IMG/VR virus record: IMGVR_UViG_3300028388_003908 | Span: 64,001 to 128,000 of that record | Reading direction: 5' to 3' (one strand) | DNA length: 64,000 nt | Source of the DNA: a virus | Shown here: in pieces, positions 55,818-64,000 of the stretch | Position numbering within the stretch: the first letter of the stretch is position 1 | Layout of the letters: every line of letters begins with the position of its first letter | Made by a program: the position numbers and the translations under genes | Notes under the pieces: generated by a model | What the model was told of the DNA's origin: nothing | Seen by the model: only the letters and a program-made list of their open reading frames with translations | The model's database searches: none

Positions 55818-58232
55818 CTAAGCGCGACCTTTGCCGTAACCGATAAATCTCGCTACGTCCGAGACAGCTCCGTGAGCATGAGAAATCTTGTCCTCAACCC
55901 AATCGTCAAGCTCACCTTCAAAATCGACATGATCTAGTAGGAACTCTGCCATCTCACGCATCTCCTCTAGATTCTGTCGTGACATATATGAGCCCTCATG
56001 CCCTCCGGATAAGATTTTTCTGCGCGCTACGCGCTGTACTGCTTTTTTCGTCATTTGGTGACTAACCGCATCATAGAAGATACCCATCGCTTTCCTCCAG
56101 TTTTTTGGCTTGTATCTCTTGAGACTTACAAAGAAAGGTCGATCTGAGGTCCACCGTAGGATAGACTGATTATCTACGACACGATTCTTCCGTTTAAATA
56201 GCTTTGTCTCGTCTAACAATCTTGAGTAGAACTCTATGTCGTCTAGAGCGTGGATGCTGATCAGATCCGTATCAGCCCCTCCCTCTCTAGCATATTCCCT
56301 CTTTAGCTCTATCTCTTTATCCTTCAGATGTTGTGTGTATTGCTCGTCTTTCTTAGAGAAAGGATTTCCAGCCCGTCCTATCTCTATTTCAGCATTGTTC
56401 GCCAGATGTACTTGGGTAGCGTGAACAAGCTCATGCGCCACTATATCTTCAAACTCGTTTAAATAGTTTAGAGGTAGCTCTCCCGAGAACTTAGGTAAGA
56501 CGTTAATGTAGATAGAATGATAATTGTCCCACTTGTAAGAACCCCTACTTCTCATCGCCTTTGGCGTAGTCTGTAGAAGCACAAATAAGAGACCATACTC
56601 CTCGTCCTTAATGACAACCTGACGTGAATTCCTGCTGTAATACGACTCTCTGTTGAGAGATTTAACCGCCTCCTCGTAGTCCTCTCTCACGAGTGCAGGC
56701 ACATATCGTGCGGGGCTTGTCGTCCATCTTTTTAGCTCTTTAAGAACCTCATATTGTAAATCACCAATCGAACCAATTAGCGCCCGAGACCCATTAGGAT
56801 TTGCAAAGATTTCCGCAGGGTCCAAGATGTCTATCTTACTCTTAATCTTATCAAAAAGAGGGTAGCCGAGATCTGCGTCTTTAAGTTGCTTTTCTATCTC
56901 TTGCGAGGATCGCTGAAGACTATTGATTTGGAAAATAACCTCTTCCTCATCGTACTCGCCTCTACGAATACCGATAGGCAGAGTTTCTATCTCGTCAAGA
57001 GAAAATTCTAAGCCGTCTACAGCGTCTTGAGTAAGACCGCCCTTTGCGCTGTCCTCCTCTTCTTTTTGTAAGACGTGTTGAGCTACCAAGCCTTGAGCGA
57101 TCTTGGTTACTCGATCTACAAGACGTTGAGGAGGCTTGATGAGACCTGCATTACGAAGCGCAGATGAATTATTAGCAAACCCGCTATCGTAAGGTATTAC
57201 GCGAGCAGACCCGGATCCGCTGTCATGCACATAACCTAAATCTGCGCGCTCGGCAGGTCTACGACCTACGGATTCCCCTCGATCTAGATTGCGATATTTC
57301 AGATTAGGGGAATCGGGAGATGGACGACCTATGTTTCTCGCGGTGTCTCCGGAAGGTAAAGAACTCGCGCCCGCAGAGGTCTCATCTGCGCGCCCTACAT
57401 CGCTCCCATTTGAAAAAGAGGAAAGCTGATCGGGAGGTGTGACCTGACGATAAAAATCCGCCTTCTTGTCTTTGATCATCTCTTTAGCCTCTTCGTCAAA
57501 GGTAGGTGTATTCACAGGCTTCTGCCCTCGGTGCTTAGCTTCTTCCCTACGCTTCTTGCGAGCGAGCGTAGCGCGCTGTTCTTTAGTCATGTCGTATGCC
57601 TTTTCTCTCGGCATACATTTAAGAGGCTTACTACCATTACCCGTAACCTCTGCCCATTCCTTCTCACTAGAGACAGCGCAGGGACCTACAATATCTCCCG
57701 CCTCGTAAACCTTATCCTCTTTGTCCTCTCTCTTGACCGTATGCTTTATAGGCGTAATCGCTACCCAATCACCCCATGTTGCGCGCTCGTCTGGCTTACC
57801 TCCCCCATGTCCCGCGAACCAAGTATCTAGACCACCCATACCGGTGTTCTTCATCTTCTTGTCATCTCGGGCTATCAAGTACCTGTCCGTCAGTCTCTCC
57901 CCTGCGCTCTTGTAGCAATTCTTGTAAGGTCTACATGACGCCTTCTCAGAAAAGCCCATCTCGTCACAGGTCTTGGATTCACAATGCTCCTTATCCCATT
58001 TACGAGGTGTCTTGTACTCAGAGCTTTCCTTCTTCCACTTACCGCCTAGACGCTTGTATTGAGCGAGCGCCCAACCGTTCGCGTATGCAGACGGGAAAGT
58101 TCTAAAGCCTTTACCATCATTAACCGGATTTACGGATTCCCCGTTAGCGGTGACGGGCTTATTTGATTCCCCTCTAGCTAGATCTAGGATCTTATCCCAT
58201 AGCTTTGGGTCTGTAGGCACGTTCTTAGACAT
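55818..58232 (-). CDS. 804-aa multi-module polyprotein with HExxH zincin motif
   Basis: FPSAYANGW..YKRLGGKW module, Cys modules, AHELVHATQ, C-terminal helical module; KSAG, KKAD, KKAV linkers. Confidence 0.65.
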   Translation of the reverse strand: MSKNVPTDPKLWDKILDLARGESNKPVTANGESVNPVNDGKGFRTFPSAYANGWALAQYKRLGGKWKKESSEYKTPRKWDKEHCESKTCDEMGFSEKASCRPYKNCYKSAGERLTDRYLIARDDKKMKNTGMGGLDTWFAGHGGGKPDERATWGDWVAITPIKHTVKREDKEDKVYEAGDIVGPCAVSSEKEWAEVTGNGSKPLKCMPREKAYDMTKEQRATLARKKRREEAKHRGQKPVNTPTFDEEAKEMIKDKKADFYRQVTPPDQLSSFSNGSDVGRADETSAGASSLPSGDTARNIGRPSPDSPNLKYRNLDRGESVGRRPAERADLGYVHDSGSGSARVIPYDSGFANNSSALRNAGLIKPPQRLVDRVTKIAQGLVAQHVLQKEEEDSAKGGLTQDAVDGLEFSLDEIETLPIGIRRGEYDEEEVIFQINSLQRSSQEIEKQLKDADLGYPLFDKIKSKIDILDPAEIFANPNGSRALIGSIGDLQYEVLKELKRWTTSPARYVPALVREDYEEAVKSLNRESYYSRNSRQVVIKDEEYGLLFVLLQTTPKAMRSRGSYKWDNYHSIYINVLPKFSGELPLNYLNEFEDIVAHELVHATQVHLANNAEIEIGRAGNPFSKKDEQYTQHLKDKEIELKREYAREGGADTDLISIHALDDIEFYSRLLDETKLFKRKNRVVDNQSILRWTSDRPFFVSLKRYKPKNWRKAMGIFYDAVSHQMTKKAVQRVARRKILSGGHEGSYMSRQNLEEMREMAEFLLDHVDFEGELDDWVEDKISHAHGAVSDVARFIGYGKGRA

Positions 58233-58267
58233 GACATATAACCTTTCATCTTATCCTAGAACGCTTG

Positions 58268-58280
58268 ATAGATGTTTTAT
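58268..58280. promoter_or_regulatory. Putative bidirectional late promoter
   Basis: TAAAACATCTAT (-) and TAGATGTTTTAT (+) between divergent genes. Confidence 0.45.
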
Positions 58281-58309
58281 CTTAAAGAGCAGAAAAAAGG
58301 AGAGTAAAT

Positions 58310-58756
58310 ATGCTGAGATACGCAGGCAGAAAATTTAACGGAGGTGTCGAGTTCTACGATCTAGACGAGGACAAGAACCCCGCTCTCATGGGGGATCGTA
58401 TGTACCCTCAATGGTCTTCCTTTCAGTGGAAGCCCATGCTCATTAAGTACCAAGGAAATCACCCTTACGTCCATCCTAAAATGCTCGTCTCGGATATTTC
58501 AGTGAGATGGAGATATGTCCTGCAATTTAACGAGAACCAGCTAAAGAGAGATCGTGCTACCATCTCTGAGCTAGAGGATCTCCTATACTCGGACCCTACA
58601 AACAGAGCATATAAAAAGCGCATGGAAGAAGCGCAGAGATCCAAGAATATCCTAGAGACGGAGATTTCAGATATCCATCAAAAGCTCTCGCGCTTGAGAG
58701 TAGAGCCTTTTATATCTCCTCGCACCGGCGTGACCGGCTTTAAGGTGATCTTCTAA
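58310..58756 (+). CDS. Hypothetical protein related to ORF 24415-24906
   Basis: MLRYAG start; coiled coil then ISPRTGVTGFKVIF versus ISRMSGIPGYRVYVF. Confidence 0.6.
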   Translation: MLRYAGRKFNGGVEFYDLDEDKNPALMGDRMYPQWSSFQWKPMLIKYQGNHPYVHPKMLVSDISVRWRYVLQFNENQLKRDRATISELEDLLYSDPTNRAYKKRMEEAQRSKNILETEISDIHQKLSRLRVEPFISPRTGVTGFKVIF

Positions 58757-59295
58757 GATTCTTTTTCCTCTTCTTGATCACTCTCACCCTTTGAGAGCTT
58801 ATCCTTGAGACCGTAGACGAACTTACCGCCATCAACGATTTGCTTTCTCAGAACCTTGCCCTCTAGAGACGCTATACGATTGATCGCTTCAACGTGTCGC
58901 ATCTCACAGGTGCCCGCTTTTAGCTGTTTATCGAGTCCTGCGATCTTCTTGAGTAGTAGAAGCATAGAAGCACCGATGAGCGCAAAAGGCGTATAGGGCA
59001 CCTCCGCCACCGGAGGGAGCGGTAGAGGAGCTTTTATCTCTTGTCTCGTTAGACGTACTACAGGCGCCTCTAAACCGCCCGTAAATCGCTCTAAATGATC
59101 TAAGGAGAGCAGAGACACACCCTCGATCTTAATTCTATTAGGTGAAGATTTGACAGGTACAGCAGAGATCGAGAGAGAGAGAGTACCGCCTGCTTTGAGC
59201 GTACAATCAGACAGATGATAGATTGAACCATCCTCTAACATGACAAGACCACCCTTCAACAAGGTTGCTCTAACGCCTTCTCCGATTACACACAT
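58753..59295 (-). CDS. Hypothetical protein with one TM segment
   Basis: PFALIGASMLLLL then coiled coil. Confidence 0.55.
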   Translation of the reverse strand: MCVIGEGVRATLLKGGLVMLEDGSIYHLSDCTLKAGGTLSLSISAVPVKSSPNRIKIEGVSLLSLDHLERFTGGLEAPVVRLTRQEIKAPLPLPPVAEVPYTPFALIGASMLLLLKKIAGLDKQLKAGTCEMRHVEAINRIASLEGKVLRKQIVDGGKFVYGLKDKLSKGESDQEEEKES

Positions 59296-59340
59296 AAGCG
59301 ATATCCGATCTCTCTAAAAAAATAAAAACCGGATAAAAAC

Positions 59341-59379
59341 AAAAAAAGACCCTCATCCCCCCGAAGAAGATGAGGATCT
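59341..59379 (-). terminator. Intrinsic terminator after major capsid gene
   Basis: AGATCCTCATCTTC-TTCG-GGGGGATGAGGGTCT followed by T-tract. Confidence 0.75.
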
Positions 59380-59419
59380 TTTGATCCTCTTACGCCTTAG
59401 AAGGCGTGATCACAAGCTA

Positions 59420-60298
59420 TTAGCGAGTGACGCTGAGACGAGCAAGACCGCGAGGGTTGTACGCGCCAATACCGAGGTTCTCAAACACAGAGAAGCCGAT
59501 AGTACGAGCCTTAGGGTCGTCCGCAGAGAGGACGGTAAGCTCGGTACGAACGGGGATACGACCAAACATCTCAGGCTCACAGCAGACATACACGGTGCCC
59601 GCAGGAACAAGACGGCTGGTGATAACCTGTGCGCCCCAAAGAGTAGCCTGAAGACCAGTCTTGAGAAGGGCTGCTTGGCTCTCAATGTCGAGAATGTCAC
59701 GACCAAACTTACGGATGTCAGCGTAGTCACGAGCGTTCATGAACACGCGAGCAACGCGAAGGTCATGGCTCTCAACGAGGCTGTATGCGTCAGCAAGCAC
59801 AGAGCCGTTAAGAGGCGCGATCACCTGAATGTCAGAGTTGGTCTGACCAGGTACGCTATCAAAGCCCTGCGTTGCCACAGCGTTAAGGATAGCGAACACG
59901 CGCTCGTCCTCGGCAGCCTGAATCTGGCTACGAGCGAGATCCTGAGCGCGCTCGATGAGATCGAAGCGTCTCTCCTTGATCTGTGTCAAGGGGATCTCAG
60001 GGTTTGATGCGATCTCAAAGAGAGGGAAGATCACACGGCGGGGCTTGGTGATGCTGAGGATGTTCTGTCCCTCTTCACCAACCACAAACGCGGTTACGTC
60101 AGGGTCCTTGTCGTAGATAGGAAGCGCGCCATCGGGCAACTGCTCTACGAGGAAGGTCTTACGACCCACAGAGGTATAGTCTCTGCGGAGGCGTAGGGGT
60201 TGTGTCATTGAGGCAGCCAACTTCGCACGACCCGCAGGGGTCTTGATGTAGTCGGCAATAATCTTGCTCTTTACGCTATTATCAACATTGTTGCTCAT
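59420..60298 (-). CDS. Major capsid protein (HK97 fold)
   Basis: Position after protease-scaffold-decoration genes; EQLPDGALPIYD, IQAAEDERVF, LWGAQVITSRLVPAGTVY, GFSVFENLGIGAYNPRG. Confidence 0.85.
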   Translation of the reverse strand: MSNNVDNSVKSKIIADYIKTPAGRAKLAASMTQPLRLRRDYTSVGRKTFLVEQLPDGALPIYDKDPDVTAFVVGEEGQNILSITKPRRVIFPLFEIASNPEIPLTQIKERRFDLIERAQDLARSQIQAAEDERVFAILNAVATQGFDSVPGQTNSDIQVIAPLNGSVLADAYSLVESHDLRVARVFMNARDYADIRKFGRDILDIESQAALLKTGLQATLWGAQVITSRLVPAGTVYVCCEPEMFGRIPVRTELTVLSADDPKARTIGFSVFENLGIGAYNPRGLARLSVTR

Positions 60299-60315
60299 CT
60301 TAATATCCTTTCCGA

Positions 60316-60948
60316 TCAGATGCGCTGGTCGTAAACAAGCTCATCAGAAGATGAGTCAGGAGTGATCTTAAGGATACCGATAACGGTCACCTCATTCGCG
60401 CCACCGATATTGTGAGCAACATCATGTAGATTGGCTGCGTCACCGAGGGCTGCCTGAGTAAGGAAACCGTTAACAGAGGCTGCGAGAGTCTGACCAACGG
60501 AAAACGCGAGAGCGTTGCCATTATTACCAAGATCCTTAGTCTCGTAAAGGCTGTTGCCGTAGGTACCCTGCGCTGAGACGTAGGGGCCACGGTTTGAAGC
60601 AACGCCAGGGGTGTTCTCGAAAGCGTTACCGCTCGCGTTGTTAATGAACACACCAAGAACGCGCTCGCCAGTTGCCTGAGCGGCCGTGTGATCGCTAGGA
60701 CCACCGTGATAGTTAGCGCCCTCGTCAGGACGTGCAAAAGCGACAGAACCGCTGAGCACACCGAGTACGTTTGTAAGAAGACCAGACGCCTCGGTAGTGA
60801 AACCGGTTGCGTCAAAATCAACAGGATTTCTCTGAGTGAAAGCGTCAGCGGTAAGCTGTCCGAGGGTGTTGCGAACACCAACGTGCAGAATACGAAGCGC
60901 TGAGCTTGACTCTGAGAAACCACCACTAGCTTGTCCAAGTAGAGCCAT
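60316..60948 (-). CDS. Capsid decoration/minor capsid protein
   Basis: G/A/N-rich, directly upstream of MCP; TGATTCGTTTAT upstream (61064-61075). Confidence 0.6.
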   Translation of the reverse strand: MALLGQASGGFSESSSALRILHVGVRNTLGQLTADAFTQRNPVDFDATGFTTEASGLLTNVLGVLSGSVAFARPDEGANYHGGPSDHTAAQATGERVLGVFINNASGNAFENTPGVASNRGPYVSAQGTYGNSLYETKDLGNNGNALAFSVGQTLAASVNGFLTQAALGDAANLHDVAHNIGGANEVTVIGILKITPDSSSDELVYDQRI

Positions 60949-61088
60949 AGTAATCTCCTATGTTGCTCATACTCCCTGTTTTCAAGGAAGTAGGGTTTTG
61001 TTAAAAGGGAAGTTGTGTAAAGCGCCCCTCTCCATCAAAGGGCTCTGTATATAGCGAGGCTATATAAACGAATCACAAGGATTCCTTA

Positions 61089-62444
61089 TTAGCCGAAGTA
61101 TCTGCTAACGTCAGGTGCGGTCTCCCACAGCTTGCTGAGATCGTCTGCACCGCTTGAAGCCTCACGGCTGATGTTGCCGAGGGTCTTCACAGCAGGCTGA
61201 CGACTAGCGAGACGAGGACGTGCGTGAGCCTTCTTAGAAGCGGTAGGCTCCTCCTCGCTCATCTGAATCTCCTCAGACTCTTCCTCCTCAGTCTCTTCCT
61301 CCTCAGTCTCTTCCTCCTCAGTCTCTTCCTCAGAAGCCTCAAAGATACGAGCGAGCTTAGGATCAACAGACGCCTCCTCGGTTGCGTCTAGACCCATGGT
61401 GTCCTCTGAAGTCTCCTCCTCTGAAGCCTCCTCCTCTGAAGCCTCCTCCTCTGAAGCGCTATGATAGAAGTTAGCCTTCTTGCTATCCATGTCAGCTAGG
61501 ATAGAAGCGAGTACGCCCTCCTCTGCGCTCTCCTCGTCTGCTTCCTCCTCCTCTGAAAGGATCTCAGCGAGTACGCTGGCGAGACGGTTTATACCACGGC
61601 TCTCGCTACGGGGACGCCAAGAAGCCTGCTTAGGCTGCTCAACGCTCTCCTCCATCAACTCCTCTTCATCGTCAGAGTATCCGGTAGCCTTTGCCACAGC
61701 GTCATCAGCGAGCTTGCGAACCTGTGAAGCAAGACGAGCGTTAGCGAGCTTTAAGGTATCAACCTGCTCTTGAAGCATCTCAGCTAGACGGTCGGTGTGT
61801 CTGCGAGACGCCATGTGATGAGTTCCCATGTAGCCAGACTCATGCTCATCTGCCATGTGATAATCAGACTCATGCTCGTCTGCCATGTGATAATCAGACT
61901 CATGCTCGTCTGCCATGAGATCAAGATCATCAATGATCTCGTCATCATCAGCGTACATATCAGCGTTCACGTTACCAGGGCCGCGATCTGTGACGTGATA
62001 GCCGGTAGCTACCTCCATCTCGTCATGCGCCATGTCCTCCTCAGAAAGACGTGCCAGCTTGTTTTCGATTTGACGATTAGGGAGATCCATGAAGCGAAGC
62101 GCGAGATCCTCAATATCGTTCTGTGAAGCTCTGCGACCAAGCTGAGCCTCTGCGATACGGATGCACTTGGCAGCCTTGCGCTCCATAGCCTGACGAAGAC
62201 CAAAGTCCTCTGCAAGCTCATCGGTCACGGCAGGGTGATCAGGCTCCCAACCGTAAGAAGCAGGAGGAGGACCTGAACGGTAAGGACCCTCATGTACTGC
62301 CTCACCGAAATCTGAATCAATTGCGTAATCGTCAATCTCAGGAAGAGGCTTAGTAGCAGGATGCCCGAAAGCATCGAAACCGAGATTATCATAACCAGGA
62401 AGGGCGCTGTTCGCCCTGCGACCTCTACGGGGGAAACGTGACAT
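61089..62444 (-). CDS. Prohead scaffold-like protein
   Basis: Acidic, coiled-coil, many (K/R)xA motifs; between protease and capsid genes. Confidence 0.65.
   Translation of the reverse strand: MSRFPRRGRRANSALPGYDNLGFDAFGHPATKPLPEIDDYAIDSDFGEAVHEGPYRSGPPPASYGWEPDHPAVTDELAEDFGLRQAMERKAAKCIRIAEAQLGRRASQNDIEDLALRFMDLPNRQIENKLARLSEEDMAHDEMEVATGYHVTDRGPGNVNADMYADDDEIIDDLDLMADEHESDYHMADEHESDYHMADEHESGYMGTHHMASRRHTDRLAEMLQEQVDTLKLANARLASQVRKLADDAVAKATGYSDDEEELMEESVEQPKQASWRPRSESRGINRLASVLAEILSEEEEADEESAEEGVLASILADMDSKKANFYHSASEEEASEEEASEEETSEDTMGLDATEEASVDPKLARIFEASEEETEEEETEEEETEEEESEEIQMSEEEPTASKKAHARPRLASRQPAVKTLGNISREASSGADDLSKLWETAPDVSRYFG
61270..61460 (-). repeat. 15-bp coding repeats (EEETE, SEEEA)
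   Basis: TCTTCCTCCTCAG(TC) x3 and CCTCCTCTGAAG x3. Confidence 0.85.
61833..61918 (-). repeat. 30-bp coding repeat x3
   Basis: MADEHESDYH x2 plus MADEHESGY. Confidence 0.9.
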
Positions 62445-62476
62445 AGCTTGTCAACCTTTCGTAGCGTGTGGGGCTT

Positions 62477-63838
62477 TCAAGCCCTTGTGGAGATTAACTT
62501 GGATAATCTTACCAAGCGTGATTTGTCTTGATCAGAGAGTTCCGCTCCATTATACATGGTCGCCCTCTGTAAAAATGCCTCGACAGAAGCATATCTATCA
62601 GCCCTGCCCAAGAGCTTGGCGATACGATAGATTTTCTCAGACATCCGGACGTTGTAATGGTCATTAACAAGACGGATGTTGTCGACCACCTCGGAATCGC
62701 TCTTGGCGATACGGATGGCTGATTCAAGATTGCGGGCATAGACCTTACGGAGCGCTTGACCCTCTTTAATAATGGTGTCGTTCTCGCTCACGGTAGATTC
62801 GCTTATGGCGGGCTTGAGTGCCTCGTCCATAAGACCGCTCTTGATCTCTTGCTCAATCTTCTTACGGATACGATTGATGACCGCGTCTGTAACCGCTGTC
62901 TCTACCTCGTCAATAATTGACTTGGGACCAGCAGGTTCGGCGGGCTTCTCATCTCCATCGTCATCATCAAATCCGAAAGCTAGACGATGAGACGCGCTCT
63001 TTTGAATCCATTTCTCGGGTACATCAGATGATTCTTCTGATGAAGGGATCTCAAGTATGTTACGAGCTACAGCACCCTTAAAGGCTGGCGTCTCTACCCA
63101 AGAAGCCTCGATAAAGGTAACCCCACCTGTCTCTCCTGCGGTGTGATGACCACAAAGCTCTGCGACACGGTGCTTATTGCCTTGCTCGTCATAGAAGGTA
63201 TTACCCTTCTCATACTTGATGTGCTGACACATCTCGGTCTCATCGGCTGCGACATGACCACATTTCGTGCAGATAGTAAAATCGACACTACAGCCCATGC
63301 TCATGGCGTTGGTCTTACCGCTCAGAATATCCTCGACAAGACCCTCATGCTTACGATCTGTCGCCACAAGGATATCCACATAAAGCGATTCCCCTACGTC
63401 ACGGAGAACAGCGTCAATAATGCGCCCCTTTGAAAGCTCCTCAACCTGAACGTGCTCTACAAAGTTATGCGCCCCGACAAAGGTCTTGTAGGACTTTTGA
63501 ATGACTTCTCTTGACCAGCTATCGAGATTATTGTTGATGTACTGATCGGTCTTAGGACTAATACGATAATCCGCATACTTGCGATGTATCTGCTGACCGT
63601 CTTGTGTAAGCGAGCCTGTCTTAGTCCCGGGAGGAGTCACAGCGTCTACAGAGCAGACAATCGTGGCGTGAGTAAGCAGGAAACGGTCGGGCGTGAAGGC
63701 CTCCCCTAGTATATCCTCTGCTTGCTTACGCAAGGATTTATTGACCGTAGCCTTAGAAGCTACGCGCACTTTATCCCAATGATTACCTCTCACGTCAGGC
63801 GTGACAACCCCTGCGCGAGCGTATCTTAGAAATGCCAT
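62477..63838 (-). CDS. Candidate prohead maturation protease with Zn-finger insert (start 63838)
   Basis: FVEH, GRIIDA, MSMGC, CTKCG..C.H, FIEASWVETPAF resemble HK97/herpes-type protease layout; GGAGG RBS. Confidence 0.65.
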   Translation of the reverse strand: MAFLRYARAGVVTPDVRGNHWDKVRVASKATVNKSLRKQAEDILGEAFTPDRFLLTHATIVCSVDAVTPPGTKTGSLTQDGQQIHRKYADYRISPKTDQYINNNLDSWSREVIQKSYKTFVGAHNFVEHVQVEELSKGRIIDAVLRDVGESLYVDILVATDRKHEGLVEDILSGKTNAMSMGCSVDFTICTKCGHVAADETEMCQHIKYEKGNTFYDEQGNKHRVAELCGHHTAGETGGVTFIEASWVETPAFKGAVARNILEIPSSEESSDVPEKWIQKSASHRLAFGFDDDDGDEKPAEPAGPKSIIDEVETAVTDAVINRIRKKIEQEIKSGLMDEALKPAISESTVSENDTIIKEGQALRKVYARNLESAIRIAKSDSEVVDNIRLVNDHYNVRMSEKIYRIAKLLGRADRYASVEAFLQRATMYNGAELSDQDKSRLVRLSKLISTRA

Positions 63839-64000
63839 TAGAAACCTCCTATAATGTCTTCTTGCTTGATTAGGAAAAGACACGAAGGACAGCCCAAAAG
63901 ACGCTCGCTCACGCCATCTCTTCTCTTATAGCAGGTTCTCTTAAGAGGCACTTCGCATTTAGGACAATGAGGGTGAATCTCATCTTTGCGCTGTCGATAC
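63838..64000 (-). CDS. C-terminal part of a zinc-ribbon protein (starts outside window)
   Basis: HCPKC...LGCPSCLFLIK..GGF*; TAATG overlap with protease. Confidence 0.65.
   Translation of the reverse strand, partial: YRQRKDEIHPHCPKCEVPLKRTCYKRRDGVSERLLGCPSCLFLIKQEDIIGGF

Noticed and set aside
59381-60007. 208-aa antisense ORF over the capsid gene (and similar shadows over sheath, scaffold, polA)
   Set aside because: No RBS or motifs; expected from codon bias of the real gene on the opposite strand
1-64000. Alternative genetic code (stop reassignment)
   Set aside because: Genes are intact and densely packed under the standard code; TGA and TAA are common real stops; only one in-frame TGA case
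1-64000. tRNA or rRNA genes, integrase, diversity-generating retroelement
   Set aside because: No cloverleaf or T-loop signatures in the short intergenic gaps, no recombinase or reverse transcriptase motifs, and the repeats do not show adenine-specific variation

Overview
Gene-dense 64-kb segment of a large (probably jumbo) myovirus-type dsDNA phage. No rRNA, tRNA or CRISPR array was seen. Replication/nucleotide genes: family A DNA polymerase, DnaB-like helicase plus degenerate loader, a primase apparently split into Zn-finger and Toprim genes 27 kb apart, SNF2 helicase, thymidine kinase, PhoH and a sigma-70-like factor. There is a block of four DNA methyltransferases next to a 2OG-Fe(II) oxygenase. 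Virion genes: candidate prohead protease, scaffold, decoration protein, major capsid, neck/tail-completion candidates and a 1595-aa contractile tail sheath. The most interesting signal is an apparent head-cargo system. Many scattered genes share (K/R)-x-A motifs with the scaffold, plus RVAxxYL or RRTASE..RELExRVARLE tags and an upstream TAA-N4-TTTAT motif. They look like polyproteins packaged into the head and cut or activated by the prohead protease. Examples are an Ntn-hydrolase with MDKKA|C, a Dps/basic-protein fusion, a C39 peptidase with a scaffold-like tail, and an acidic protein carrying a copy of the capsid N-arm. Several genes are broken by frameshifts or stops that may be assembly errors. 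All family calls come from motif recognition by eye; no searches were run.
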